A stretch of 64,000 nucleotides of DNA from Candidatus Dormiibacterota bacterium (GTDB lineage Bacteria; Chloroflexota; Dormibacteria; CF-121), in assembly GCA_036564925.1 (NCBI GenBank), contig DATCOB010000062.1:36-64035 (forward strand), in the 5' to 3' direction. The translations under genes were made by a program, and so were the position numbers. This document shows positions 37,301-47,730 of this stretch, in pieces. A model generated the notes under the pieces. It was given only the letters and a program-made list of their open reading frames with translations. It searched no databases and was not told where the DNA came from. How positions within the stretch are numbered: the first letter of the stretch is position 1; each line of letters opens with the position of its first letter.

Positions 37301-37891
37301 GGTAACCTGCTGGGCACGGAACAGCACGGTGCGATCGCGGCCGTCGGCCTCGAGCTCTACAACTCGATGTTGCGGGACGCCGTCGAGTCGCAGAAGTCCG
37401 GGACGGCGGTCGAGGTGCCGGCGGGTCTCACGCTGGATCTGCCGATCGAACACTTCCTTCCGCGGGAGTACGTGCCGGACGAGAAGCTCCGGCTCCAGGT
37501 TTACCAGGACCTGGCCGCGGTGGACGACGAAGAGGCGCTGGAGGCGGCCGAACGCAACCTGGCCGACCGGTTCGGCAAGCCGCCGGGGCCGGTGCGGAAC
37601 CTCATCTACGCGCTCCGTGTCAAGTGGCTGGCCCGCAGGGCGGGTCTTACCGCGATCGAGACCGATGGCGATTGGCTGATCCTGCGGCTGCCGTCGAACT
37701 GGGCGGGCGACGAGCGCCGGCTGGAGGCGCAGTTCCGGTCCATCCTGCATGTTCGATTTGGGAAAGTCCGGATCTCGATGCGCCAGGCCGGGACGCAATG
37801 GAAGGAGCGGCTGGTGGACGTGCTCGGGGAGATCGAGCGGCTGGGGCGGGTGCCGGATCCGGCCACGCGGCCGGCCCGGGTGGCGCTCTAG
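34397..37891 (+). CDS. mfd: transcription-repair coupling factor
   Basis: 1164 aa. UvrB-homology N-terminal region, RNAP-interaction domain, and superfamily-2 helicase motifs (GDVGFGKTE, DEEQRFG). C-terminal TRG and D7 regions present. Confidence 0.9.
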   Translation: MHGRDTMTETLFELMDRLPARDRLEAWWRTPGGRLDAHGLPSSALPVVAEWLRRRSLRALLVLVPDPEGAFGEMGAWFSDDVRSVVFPAVETLPFDRLAPDEETVRRRLEAIDALASKDPVVCFSSWMAMTRPTLAPDALHRWRITLKQGDRYTVDDLLQKLTTLGYRREPLVQARGEFSLRGGILDCFPPDRRRPLRAEFFGDDLESLREFDVESQGSTGTVPMVRILPAAEVILTPAALTAADEGLRELDFRRCLPEVRDEWLADVERVRSGAYFDGIEGFQSYLDPGQPTLLDHLPADALIVAIDRHRNLAQAEQREKELADLVSVEVERGELPANLRTGLLSIASLEQRTATWSRLAIARGDDEGSLDLGFEPVDAYSGRMDAFADRVRADAREKARILIVTQQERRLRELLDDRDVYPAAGLFTWSQTPLMPGLLVLGSQAVAQGFRVPALRLDVYGDTDLFGGLRQRVRRGVVRARSASWQLEFEPGDLIVHVDHGIGRFLGMRLMGDAGQEREYMQLEYAEGDKLYVPVEHLDRVQKYVGGGDAQPRLQRLGSGEWDRAKKKVRESVEEVARDLLDLYSKRQLVEGHAYSPDGPWQQELEQSFAYDETPDQVRVMEEIKADMEDSRPMDRLLCGDVGFGKTELAVRAAFKAVADSKQVAILVPTTVLAQQHFLTFSERFRPFPVKVEMLSRFRTAAESADVLRRLHTGEVDVVIGTHKLLGKDVQFKDLGLVVLDEEQRFGVMQKERLKHLRASVDVLSLSATPIPRTLHMSLAGIRDLSVIQTPPEERLPIKTFVTADEDDLIKEVIQRELQRGGQVFYVYNRVQTIKKAEERIKRLVPHAKVLVGHGQMPETTLADVMVKFINREADVLVCSTIIESGLDIPNANTIVVVDAHRMGLAQLYQLRGRVGRAGQRAYAYFLYNPTKSFTENADKRLDVIAELHDLGSGFKLALKDLEIRGAGNLLGTEQHGAIAAVGLELYNSMLRDAVESQKSGTAVEVPAGLTLDLPIEHFLPREYVPDEKLRLQVYQDLAAVDDEEALEAAERNLADRFGKPPGPVRNLIYALRVKWLARRAGLTAIETDGDWLILRLPSNWAGDERRLEAQFRSILHVRFGKVRISMRQAGTQWKERLVDVLGEIERLGRVPDPATRPARVAL

Positions 37892-37959
37892 TGCCAGACG
37901 AGCCCTTTGAGGCCGCCGGATAAACTACCGCCAGCCGGCCAACACTGGAGGGATACGTA

Positions 37960-38364
37960 ATGGGGACGGAATTCAAGAAGTTCTTGCTTCGGGGAAACAT
38001 GGTGGAGCTGGCGGTGGCGTTCGTGATCGGCGTGGCCTTTGGCGCCGTGATCGCGGCCCTGGTAAAGGACCTGATCACGCCGTTGATCGCGGCCCTGTTT
38101 GGCAAGCCGGATTTCGCCGGCCTCACCTTTACTCTCAATAACAGCGTCTTCCGCTATGGCGAGTTCATCAATGCCGTGATCGCGTTCCTGCTGGTGGCCG
38201 CGGCGGTCTTCTTCTTCGTCGTCGTCCCCTATAACCGGATGATGGCGCGCTCGCGACGCGAGCCGGCCGCCGATCCGACGACGCGGAAATGCAGCGAGTG
38301 CCTCAGTGAGATCCCGGTTGCGGCACGCCGGTGCGCCTTCTGTACGTCGCCTGTGGCGGTGTGA
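37960..38364 (+). CDS. mscL: large-conductance mechanosensitive channel
   Basis: FKKFLLRGNMVELAVAFVIGVAFGAVI is the canonical MscL TM1. 134 aa. Confidence 0.85.
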   Translation: MGTEFKKFLLRGNMVELAVAFVIGVAFGAVIAALVKDLITPLIAALFGKPDFAGLTFTLNNSVFRYGEFINAVIAFLLVAAAVFFFVVVPYNRMMARSRREPAADPTTRKCSECLSEIPVAARRCAFCTSPVAV

Positions 38365-38750
38365 ACCGGCGCGTCTACACGACGGCGCGCAAGTGGGAGC
38401 GCGTCGTCGGCTACGCGCGCGCCGTCCGGGTCGGACCCGCCATTGAGATCTCGGGCTGTGCGCCCACGGCAGCCGATGGGTCCACGGTGGGAGAGGGCAG
38501 CGTCTATGAGCAGACGCGGCAGTGCCTGCGGATCATCATCGAGGCGCTGGCCGCGGTCGGCGCCGGCGTGGAAGATGTGACCCGCATCCGCATCTTTACC
38601 ACCGTCCCGCGCCGCTGGCGGGAGATCGGGCGGGCACACGGCGAGGTGTTCGCCGCGATCAAGCCGGTGAACTCGATCATCGGGGTCCGTGGATTCATCG
38701 ACCCCAAGTGGCTCGTGGAGATCGAGGCAAGCGCCTTTCGTGCCGACTAG
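38361..38750 (+). CDS. RidA/YjgF-family protein
   Basis: GTG start overlapping the mscL stop (GTGA). Chorismate-mutase-like fold pattern with the conserved C-terminal R and E (VRGFIDPKWLVEIE). Confidence 0.65.
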   Translation: MNRRVYTTARKWERVVGYARAVRVGPAIEISGCAPTAADGSTVGEGSVYEQTRQCLRIIIEALAAVGAGVEDVTRIRIFTTVPRRWREIGRAHGEVFAAIKPVNSIIGVRGFIDPKWLVEIEASAFRAD

Positions 38751-39945
38751 GCGGACGCAGCGGACGGCGCTGTGGGGCATCATCGTCGCCGTCTTCATCA
38801 ACGGCACCGGCGTGGGATCGGTGTTGCCGGTCCTGCCGCTGTTTCTTCGCGAGCGGGGCGGGTCCTACACGATGGTCGGCGTGGTCGTCGGCGCGAACCT
38901 GGTGGCGCAGTTCCTGGGCCAGTACCCCGCGGGGCGGCTTTCGGATCGGGTGGGTCGCCGGCCGCTGATGATCGGCGGGCTGGTGGTCGCCGGGACGGCG
39001 ATCGCCGCCTTCGCGTTGCCGCTGTCGATCGGCTGGTTGATCGCGCTGCGGTTCGTCCAGGGATTGGGGGCCGCGGCCTTCCGGCCCGGCTCGCGCGCGG
39101 TGGTCGCGGACCTGGTCCCCGCACAGGAGCGGGGGATCGCCTATGGATGGCTTGCGGGGGCGGACCTGTCCGGTCTGATCGTGGGGCCCGCGCTCGGCGG
39201 GCTGCTGGCGGTGTTCGGGCGGCGTACGGTCTTTGAGGTCACCGGTCTCGCCTTGCTACTTGCCGCGATGGTGGTGGCCTTTGCGCTCGAATCGCGGCGC
39301 GTGCCGCTGGCGGCGGATGCGCGGCCGCCCGTGCAGACGGCTGCGGTGGTCCGGGCGGGGGTGTCGGCGGTCCGAGGGTTGGCCATGCTATCGCTGGGGA
39401 TCGGGTTCGTCTACGGCGTCTACAACGTGGTCTGGAGCCTGTACATGAAGGCCCTCGGCGCCAGCGACTGGGTGGTGGGGTTGTCGTTCACCCTCTTCGC
39501 GCTGCCGCTGGTGCTCACCGCCCCGCTGGCGGGATGGGCCTCGGACCGGCTCGATCGCCGCTGGCTCGCCGTCGGCGGGACGGCGACGACCGCCCTCCTT
39601 GCCCCGATCTACCCCTTTCTCACCAGCATTCCCGCGGTGATCGGCGTAGGGATCATCGAAGGCAGTAGTGCGGCGTTTGCCGAACCATCGATCAACGCCT
39701 TCCTGATGAGCGCGGTGCCCGCGGAGCAGCGTGGCCGCGCCCTCGGCACGGTTGGGACCGCCGAGGCCGCCGCGAAGGCGGTAGGCGCGTTGATCGGTGG
39801 CACGTTGTTCGGCCTGGGACTCTGGGTGCCGTTCGTCATCTCGGGCGTGGTTGGCCTGGTGTTGATCGGGCTCAGCTTGCCCTGGCTGCGGGCGGCAGGC
39901 CGCGATATCGCGGTGGTGCACACGGTGGCGCTGGCCGATGGCTAG
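38740..39945 (+). CDS. MFS transporter
   Basis: 12-TM protein with the MFS signature GRLSDRVGRR. GTG start chosen at 38740, because the track N-terminus is non-protein-like. Confidence 0.75.
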   Translation: MPTRRTQRTALWGIIVAVFINGTGVGSVLPVLPLFLRERGGSYTMVGVVVGANLVAQFLGQYPAGRLSDRVGRRPLMIGGLVVAGTAIAAFALPLSIGWLIALRFVQGLGAAAFRPGSRAVVADLVPAQERGIAYGWLAGADLSGLIVGPALGGLLAVFGRRTVFEVTGLALLLAAMVVAFALESRRVPLAADARPPVQTAAVVRAGVSAVRGLAMLSLGIGFVYGVYNVVWSLYMKALGASDWVVGLSFTLFALPLVLTAPLAGWASDRLDRRWLAVGGTATTALLAPIYPFLTSIPAVIGVGIIEGSSAAFAEPSINAFLMSAVPAEQRGRALGTVGTAEAAAKAVGALIGGTLFGLGLWVPFVISGVVGLVLIGLSLPWLRAAGRDIAVVHTVALADG

Positions 39946-40705
39946 CGACCTCGAGCGCCTTACCGAATTGATCGCGGTGGTCCACCACCTGCGATCGCCG
40001 GGCGGGTGCCCATGGGATCGCCAACAGACCCACTTGACGCTGCGGGCCACCATGCTCGAGGAGGCCTACGAGGTGCTGGAGGCGATCGATCTGGCCTCGA
40101 CCCCGAAGCTTCGGGACGAGCTGGGCGACGTATTATTGCAGGTCCTGATGCAAGCGGAGATCGCCGAGGAGGGGGGCGATTTTACGCTCGGGGACGTCGC
40201 GGACGCCGTACGGGAGAAGCTGGTGCGGCGACATCCGCACGTGTTCGGCGCGACGAAGGTCTCAGGCTCGGAGGAAGTGCTTCGAAACTGGGACGCGCTC
40301 AAGGCGGCTGAGTACGATCGCGAGTCGGCCATGGACGGAGTCCAGCGGTCGCTGCCGGCCTTGCAGTGGGCCTGGTCTCTGCAACGGCGCGCGGCCAACG
40401 TCGGCTTCGACTGGCCCGACGTCGAGGGCGCGCTGGAGAAGGTGCGCGAGGAGCTCGACGAGCTTCGGGCAGCGCCGACCCCGGAGGAGCGTGAAGGGGA
40501 GTTCGGCGATCTGCTGTTCACCATGGTCAACGTGGCGCGGAAGCTCGGCATCAACCCCGAGGACGCGCTTCGTTCCACGACCCGCCGGTTCGAGGCGCGC
40601 TTCAGGCTGATGGAGGCCGCCATCCGCCGCGATGGCCGGGTGTTCGCGGAGATGCCAATCGAGGAGCTGGACCGGTACTGGGAGGGGGCAAAGCGGGAGG
40701 AATGA
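39938..40705 (+). CDS. mazG: nucleoside triphosphate pyrophosphohydrolase MazG
   Basis: Two MazG EE-motif repeats (EEAYEVLEAI, EFGDLLF) and RRHPHVF. Confidence 0.8.
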   Translation: MASDLERLTELIAVVHHLRSPGGCPWDRQQTHLTLRATMLEEAYEVLEAIDLASTPKLRDELGDVLLQVLMQAEIAEEGGDFTLGDVADAVREKLVRRHPHVFGATKVSGSEEVLRNWDALKAAEYDRESAMDGVQRSLPALQWAWSLQRRAANVGFDWPDVEGALEKVREELDELRAAPTPEEREGEFGDLLFTMVNVARKLGINPEDALRSTTRRFEARFRLMEAAIRRDGRVFAEMPIEELDRYWEGAKREE

Positions 40706-40727
40706 GGGGTGATGCGAGTTGGCCGCC

Positions 40728-40756
40728 TTGCCAAGTCCCCTCAGCGCCCCTATAAT
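40728..40756 (+). promoter_or_regulatory. sigma70-like promoter (TTGCCA, 17-nt spacer, TATAAT)
   Basis: TTGCCA agtcccctcagcgcccc TATAAT lies in the mazG/ftsB-like intergenic region, about 50 nt before the downstream ORF. Confidence 0.5.
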
Positions 40757-40806
40757 CCAGTCCGTTTTCGGGCCGGCTTGATTACACCACCATCTCAGAT
40801 CACGTC

Positions 40807-41229
40807 TTGAGCACCTCCGAACCAAAAGCCTCCCGCGCGAAGGTCCATCTGGCCGCGCCCGATCGGCTGATTTGGATCGTGGTGGGAGCTATTGTCATCT
40901 GGGGAGTGTGGGCCTTCGGCTCGGAGTTGATGCTGAACCTTCGACTGAACCACGAGGTGCAGGCGCTGCGTGCGGGCAATGCCCAGCTGACGTCGGCGAA
41001 CGATGACGCCGCACGCCAGTTGTCAGTGGCCAGCTCGCCTGGCGCGATGGAGGAGGCCGCCCGTAAGGAGGGCTTTACTCGATCGGGTGAGCACGTTTAT
41101 GTCATCGTTAAGCCACGCCAGGCAGCGGGGCAGCCGTCGATCGGGGTAGGGGACGGCAGACAGACCGGCAAACGCGATGGCGGCGTGATCGGGACAATCG
41201 AACAGTGGTGGAGGAATTTGTGGCACTAG
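40807..41229 (+). CDS. septum-formation initiator (FtsB/DivIC-like) protein
   Basis: Single N-terminal TM followed by a coiled-coil (LNHEVQALRAGNAQLTSANDDAARQL). TTG start. Confidence 0.5.
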   Translation: MSTSEPKASRAKVHLAAPDRLIWIVVGAIVIWGVWAFGSELMLNLRLNHEVQALRAGNAQLTSANDDAARQLSVASSPGAMEEAARKEGFTRSGEHVYVIVKPRQAAGQPSIGVGDGRQTGKRDGGVIGTIEQWWRNLWH

Positions 41230-41246
41230 GAGGGACCGCGGGCTAG

Positions 41247-41705
41247 GTGGCAGTAACGCCAGGGACAGTCGTCGAAGGGACGGTGGTCGGCATCACGAAT
41301 TTCGGGGCCTTCGTGCAGATCGAGGGATCGGGGACCGGGCTGGTTCATATTTCAGAGATCGCGAACGAGTATGTCCGCGACGTCAACAACCATCTGAAGA
41401 TGAACGAGAAGGTCAAGGTCAAGGTCCTCAATGTGGACGTGACCAACGGCAAGATGGACCTCTCTCTGAAGCAAGCCGCCGCGGCGGCGGATGGCGTTGG
41501 GGGCGGGGCCGGGGCCGGCGCCCCGATGGGGCCGCCGGTCTTGCCGCGATCCTACCGGCGCGGCGGGCGCGGCAAACGCGAGTTGCCCGAGGGGGCGGAC
41601 CCCGTGTTCGAGGAAAAGCTCTCCAAGTTCATGAAGAGCAGCGAGGAACGCCTCCTGGATATCAAGCGCAACCTGGAAGCGAAGCGGGGCGGCCGCTTCA
41701 AGTAG
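41247..41705 (+). CDS. S1 RNA-binding domain protein (YabR/GSP13-like)
   Basis: N-terminal S1 domain GTVVEGTVVGITNFGAFVQIEGSGTGLVHISEI, with a C-terminal basic tail. Confidence 0.7.
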   Translation: MAVTPGTVVEGTVVGITNFGAFVQIEGSGTGLVHISEIANEYVRDVNNHLKMNEKVKVKVLNVDVTNGKMDLSLKQAAAAADGVGGGAGAGAPMGPPVLPRSYRRGGRGKRELPEGADPVFEEKLSKFMKSSEERLLDIKRNLEAKRGGRFK

Positions 41706-41721
41706 CGCGAGCCGACGCGGC

Positions 41722-41751
41722 TTGACGCGGGCGACGGAACGAGCCTAGAAT
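41722..41751 (+). promoter_or_regulatory. candidate promoter for tRNA-Met (TTGACG, 18-nt spacer, TAGAAT)
   Basis: The -10 element lies 26 nt upstream of the mature tRNA 5' end. Confidence 0.35.
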
Positions 41752-41777
41752 GGCGCTCTCGCCCCACTGGGGCTGCG

Positions 41778-41852
41778 TGCGGCGTGGAGCAGTGGAAGCT
41801 CGTTGGGCTCATAACCCAAAGGTCGGCAGTTCGAATCTGCCCGCCGCAACCA
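41778..41852 (+). tRNA. tRNA-Met (anticodon CAT), initiator-like
   Basis: 75 nt. Acceptor TGCGGCG/CGCCGCA, D-arm GAGC-AGTGGAA-GCTC, anticodon arm TTGGG-CTCATAA-CCCAA, T-arm GGCAG-TTCGAAT-CTGCC, and an encoded CCA. Three consecutive G:C pairs in the anticodon stem are typical of tRNA-fMet. Confidence 0.8.
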
Positions 41853-41917
41853 CACAATTACTGAGAGAGGAGCCTGCGGGGCTCCTCTCTCGACTTTCCG
41901 GCTGCGACCCTGCCGGT

Positions 41918-42679
41918 CTATCCCGCCGGCCGCCGGCCCGACACGACCACCCACTGGGAGCGCTGCCGCATCACGGCGCCGCGGTCGCGGGCAAGCAACT
42001 CTTCGAGGCGCTGCAGGCCAAGGCGATACTCGAGCGGCGGTACCATCCCCAGCGTCGAGATATATCGACCCCGCACTCGATCCACCACGTCGGCGATCCC
42101 AATGCGCCGATCCTCGTCCCGCACCTCGGCTGAGACATCGCCGAAGCCGGCTCGGTTCAGCTCACGCACCATCCGATCCGCCGGCGCGAATCGCGGTAGG
42201 TCGATGACCGGGATGCTGGGAAAGTACTCGTTGAGATAGAACTGCCGGATATGCTCCGGTGTAAAGGTCCAGATACTCACTCGCCCGCCTGGCCGCAATA
42301 CCCGCCTGGCCTCGCGAAAGGCCGCGCCTCGCCGGCGCAGAAGATGGACGACCATCACCATCACCACCAGGCGCGCTTCCTGGTCCGCCAGCGGCAATCG
42401 GTAGGCACTGCCACGGCGCCACTGCACCCGCCCGCCCGCGTCCTTCCCCCGAGCGACCGCCAGCATCCGCTCCTCGGAATCGACCCCCACCACGCGGGCC
42501 GGCGTCATCGCCGCGAGCGGCAGCGTGATGCGACCGGTGCCGCAGCCCACCTCGACGGCGACGTCGTCCGCCGCAATCTCGGCCGTTCGCACCATCTCCG
42601 CCAGTCGCGACTGATCGCCCGGCGAGAGCGGCCGCAGCGCGTCATATCTCGGTGCAATCTCGGCGAATGAGGGCGGCAT
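41918..42679 (-). CDS. class I SAM-dependent methyltransferase
   Basis: Motif I VEVGCGTGRITLPLA. Start is taken at the Met of MPPSFAEI. The track ORF to 43063 runs antisense through a tRNA gene and is not real beyond 42679. Confidence 0.65.
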   Translation of the reverse strand: MPPSFAEIAPRYDALRPLSPGDQSRLAEMVRTAEIAADDVAVEVGCGTGRITLPLAAMTPARVVGVDSEERMLAVARGKDAGGRVQWRRGSAYRLPLADQEARLVVMVMVVHLLRRRGAAFREARRVLRPGGRVSIWTFTPEHIRQFYLNEYFPSIPVIDLPRFAPADRMVRELNRAGFGDVSAEVRDEDRRIGIADVVDRVRGRYISTLGMVPPLEYRLGLQRLEELLARDRGAVMRQRSQWVVVSGRRPAG

Positions 42680-42704
42680 CCTTGCTAAACTAACCGATGC
42701 TCTA

Positions 42705-42776
42705 CGGCGGAGTAGCTCAGTGGTAGAGCAACCGGCCCATACCCGGTATGTCGCAAGTTCGATCCTTGCCTCCGCC
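42705..42776 (+). tRNA. tRNA with CAT anticodon (putative tRNA-Ile2/LAU or elongator Met); atypical C33
   Basis: Acceptor GGCGGAG/CTCCGCC, D-arm GCTC-AGTGGTA-GAGC, anticodon arm ACCGG-CCCATAC-CCGGT, T-arm GCAAG-TTCGATC-CTTGC. No encoded CCA. It lies 8 nt upstream of tilS. Confidence 0.6.
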
Positions 42777-42784
42777 ACACACCT

Positions 42785-43972
42785 GTGATGCTCCCCAGCC
42801 GCGTCGCCACCGCGATTCGCGTCCACCGCGTTTTCCGGCCGGGTGAGCGCGTCGTGGTAGCCGTGTCGGGGGGCCCCGATTCCCTCGCGCTGCTTGCCGT
42901 CCTCCGCGCGCTGATCCCGAAATTCTCGCTGCACCTCACGGTTGCCCACTTCGATCATGGGTGGCGAGCCGGTAGCGTCGACGACGCGAGCTTCGTCGCG
43001 TCGCTCGCCGCCAACTGGGGTTTCCGGTTCCTGACCGCTCGCGCCGATGAAGACACCCCACACACGGAGGCCGCCGCCCGCACCGCGCGGTACGCGTTCC
43101 TTCGCCAGGCGGTCGCCGACTCAAGCAGCAGCGCGATCGCGCTTGGCCACACGCTCGGCGACCAGGCGGAGACGGTTCTCCTCCATCTGCTACGTGGCAG
43201 TGGCTCGCGCGGGATTGCCGCGATGCGCTTTCGCGCGGGCGACCTCGCGCGTCCCATGCTGCACATCGACCGTCCCGAGATCGAAACCTACCTCGCGGAT
43301 CAAAGCCTGACCCCGCGCCGAGACCCTTCCAACGATGATCCACGCTACGCGCGCAATCGGTTACGCGCCATCGTGCTGCCCGCGATCGACACGTTCGAGC
43401 CGGCCGCTCGCCGGCTTCTCGGCCAGACCGCCGACATCCTGGGTGAAGAAGATCGTTTTCTCGATGCCGAGACCGACCGCGTCGATGCCGAGGTCCGCTC
43501 CGGTCGCACCTCCATCGACGCGCTGCCGGTCGCGCTGCAGCGCCGCCTCCTTCATCGTCTCAGCCCGGATGCCAATTTCCTCACCGTCGAGGCGTCGCGC
43601 CTCAGCGATCCGAGACGTGCCGCACCCAGCCCCGCCGGCAAACAGGCCGAGCTCGTCACGACTACGTGCGCCTGCGACCCGACCGGCTTCAAAGCACGCG
43701 ACCCGGTCGGCCACCTGGATGCCGACCGCGTCCTCTTGCCACTCACCGTTGGCCGGCGCAAACCCGGCGACCGCATGCGCCCACTCGGCATGCGGGAAGC
43801 CAAACGGTTGCAGGACATTCTGGTCGATGCCGGCATCCCGCGACAGCTTCGTGACGCACTGGCGGTCGTCTCCGATCGCGAAGAGATCGTCTGGATCCCC
43901 CAGGTCAGCGTTGCCGAAGGCAAGCGCGTCACCTCCGCGACGCGGCGCCAGCTGCATCTCGAAATCACGTGA
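42785..43972 (+). CDS. tilS: tRNA(Ile)-lysidine synthetase
   Basis: PP-loop SGGPDS with the TilS N-terminal ATP-PPase domain and a C-terminal substrate-binding domain. Conserved tilS/ftsH neighbourhood. Confidence 0.8.
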   Translation: MMLPSRVATAIRVHRVFRPGERVVVAVSGGPDSLALLAVLRALIPKFSLHLTVAHFDHGWRAGSVDDASFVASLAANWGFRFLTARADEDTPHTEAAARTARYAFLRQAVADSSSSAIALGHTLGDQAETVLLHLLRGSGSRGIAAMRFRAGDLARPMLHIDRPEIETYLADQSLTPRRDPSNDDPRYARNRLRAIVLPAIDTFEPAARRLLGQTADILGEEDRFLDAETDRVDAEVRSGRTSIDALPVALQRRLLHRLSPDANFLTVEASRLSDPRRAAPSPAGKQAELVTTTCACDPTGFKARDPVGHLDADRVLLPLTVGRRKPGDRMRPLGMREAKRLQDILVDAGIPRQLRDALAVVSDREEIVWIPQVSVAEGKRVTSATRRQLHLEIT

Positions 43973-44045
43973 CCCTGATCTCATCCTGAATTCGAGTTGA
44001 ATTGGAAGGATTCTCAAAAATCCGGTGTTACAATGAGCGCTGCTC

Positions 44046-45977
<1,932 letters not shown>

Positions 45978-46086
45978 GCCTGTCCGAAAACCCGACTCCG
46001 TAACACTTCTGCGGTAACATTCGAGTCGACGCGTCCGCGCCCGCTTGGATCCTTGTGACCGAGACGGAATCATGCTGAACCCGACC

Positions 46087-46902
46087 ATGGCCATCATCGG
46101 TCCCGGCCGCGCCGGATCAGCGCTGGGCCGCGCCCTGGCGGCGGCGGGGTACCCGATTGTCGCCGTGGGCGGACGGACCCCGGAGAACGTTCGCGCCCTC
46201 GCCGCCGAGCTCCACGCTCGGGCTTCGGCGACGCCGGCTGCGGCCATCGAGATGGCCGAGCTCACCATCCTCGCGGTCCCGGACGACATCATTGCCCCAC
46301 TCGCCCGCGACCTCGTCTCCAAGCTCCGCCTGGCCCCGGGCAAGGCGGTCGTCCACCTCAGCGGCGCCCAGGACCGCGCGCCGCTACGCCCGCTCCACGA
46401 TGGGGGTATGCGCACGGGCGTCTTTCATCCGTTGCAGACATTCCGGCGTGGCGTCGACGCCAGCGCGAACGTGCCGGGCACCGCCATTGGCATCGACGCC
46501 GACCCACCGCTACGCGCCTGGCTCTGGGCGATGGCGGAGCGGGTCGGTGGCCATCCCTTCGATCTCTGCGGGATCGACCGCGTGCGCTACCATGCCGCGG
46601 CGGTCCTCGTCGCGAACTACTCGGTCACCCTGATCGCCGCCGCCCGCGACCTGATGGCGCAGGCCGGCCTGGCGCCGGAGACGGCGCAGGCCGGCTTGGT
46701 CGCGCTGCTGCAGGGCACCGTGAACAACCTGGGTGCCGCCGACCCGCGCGAGGCCCTGACGGGACCCGCCTCCCGTGGCGACGACCACACCGTACAGCGT
46801 CACCTGGACGCGCTCGCGGCCGACCCCGAGCTTCAGCAGATTTACCGGCTGCTCGCCGACCGAAGCCGGCGGCTCAAACAGGATCCAGAGGAGGCAGCGT
46901 GA
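46087..46902 (+). CDS. Rossmann-fold NAD(P)-binding protein with DUF2520-like C-terminus (putative ketopantoate reductase)
   Basis: N-terminal GxGxxG MAIIGPGRAGSALGRAL. Encoded immediately upstream of and overlapping panB (GTGA). Confidence 0.55.
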   Translation: MAIIGPGRAGSALGRALAAAGYPIVAVGGRTPENVRALAAELHARASATPAAAIEMAELTILAVPDDIIAPLARDLVSKLRLAPGKAVVHLSGAQDRAPLRPLHDGGMRTGVFHPLQTFRRGVDASANVPGTAIGIDADPPLRAWLWAMAERVGGHPFDLCGIDRVRYHAAAVLVANYSVTLIAAARDLMAQAGLAPETAQAGLVALLQGTVNNLGAADPREALTGPASRGDDHTVQRHLDALAADPELQQIYRLLADRSRRLKQDPEEAA

Positions 46903-47702
46903 CCACCACCGTTCGCGATCTGCGCAAATGGAAGACCGAGAGCAAGAAGTTCACGATGCTCACGGCCTACGATTACACGACCGCGCGCTGGCTGGATCGT
47001 GCCGGCATCCCCGTCCTGCTCGTGGGTGACAGCCTTGGCATGACGATGCTCGGATACCCCGACACCCTCAGCGTCACCATGGACGACATGGTCCGCCACG
47101 CGAGGGCGGTCGTTCGCGGCGCGCCGAACGCGCTGATCATCGGCGACATGCCCTTCATGGCCTACCACGCCTGCCTCGAGGACACCGTGCGCAATGCCGG
47201 CCGGTTCATGCAGGAGGCGCGCGTCCAGGCGATCAAAATGGAAGGTGGTGGGCGGGTAATCGAGTACACGAAACATCTGACCTCGATGGGCATCCCGGTG
47301 ATGGGTCACCTTGGCCTGACGCCCAGCTTCGTCAACCAGTTCGGTGGCTATCGCGTGCAGGGTCGAAGCGACGAGGCCGCCGAGCAGATCGTCACGGACG
47401 CGAAAGCGCTGGAGGATGCGGGCGCCTTCGCGGTCGTCCTCGAAGGGATCCCGACGCCGTTGGGCCAGCGGGTGACCCAGGCGCTGACCGTGCCGACGAT
47501 CGGCATCGGGGCGGGCCCGCGCTGCGACGCCCAGGTCCTCGTGATCCAGGATGTGCTGGGGCTGAATCCCGACCACGTCGCGAAGTTCGTCCGCCAGTAC
47601 GCCAAACTGGGCGAGGTGATCGAGAGCGCGGCGCGCCAATTCGACGAGGACGTGCGCAACGGCGCCTTTCCAGCAACTGAGCACGAGTACGCCGCACGGT
47701 AA
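46899..47702 (+). CDS. panB: 3-methyl-2-oxobutanoate hydroxymethyltransferase
   Basis: FTMLTAYDY and GDMPFMAY motifs with the TIM-barrel KPHMT family pattern. GTG start. Confidence 0.85.
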   Translation: MTTTVRDLRKWKTESKKFTMLTAYDYTTARWLDRAGIPVLLVGDSLGMTMLGYPDTLSVTMDDMVRHARAVVRGAPNALIIGDMPFMAYHACLEDTVRNAGRFMQEARVQAIKMEGGGRVIEYTKHLTSMGIPVMGHLGLTPSFVNQFGGYRVQGRSDEAAEQIVTDAKALEDAGAFAVVLEGIPTPLGQRVTQALTVPTIGIGAGPRCDAQVLVIQDVLGLNPDHVAKFVRQYAKLGEVIESAARQFDEDVRNGAFPATEHEYAAR

Positions 47703-47730
47703 GCCGCTGATCTTCGAGTCGGCGATCGCC

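Noticed and set aside
41750-43063. Track ORFs 41750-42133 (+), 41918-43063 (-) and 42685-42939 (-).
   Set aside because: They read through tRNA genes. Only the 41918-42679 portion is a real methyltransferase CDS. The remainder are artefacts of open frames across structural RNAs.
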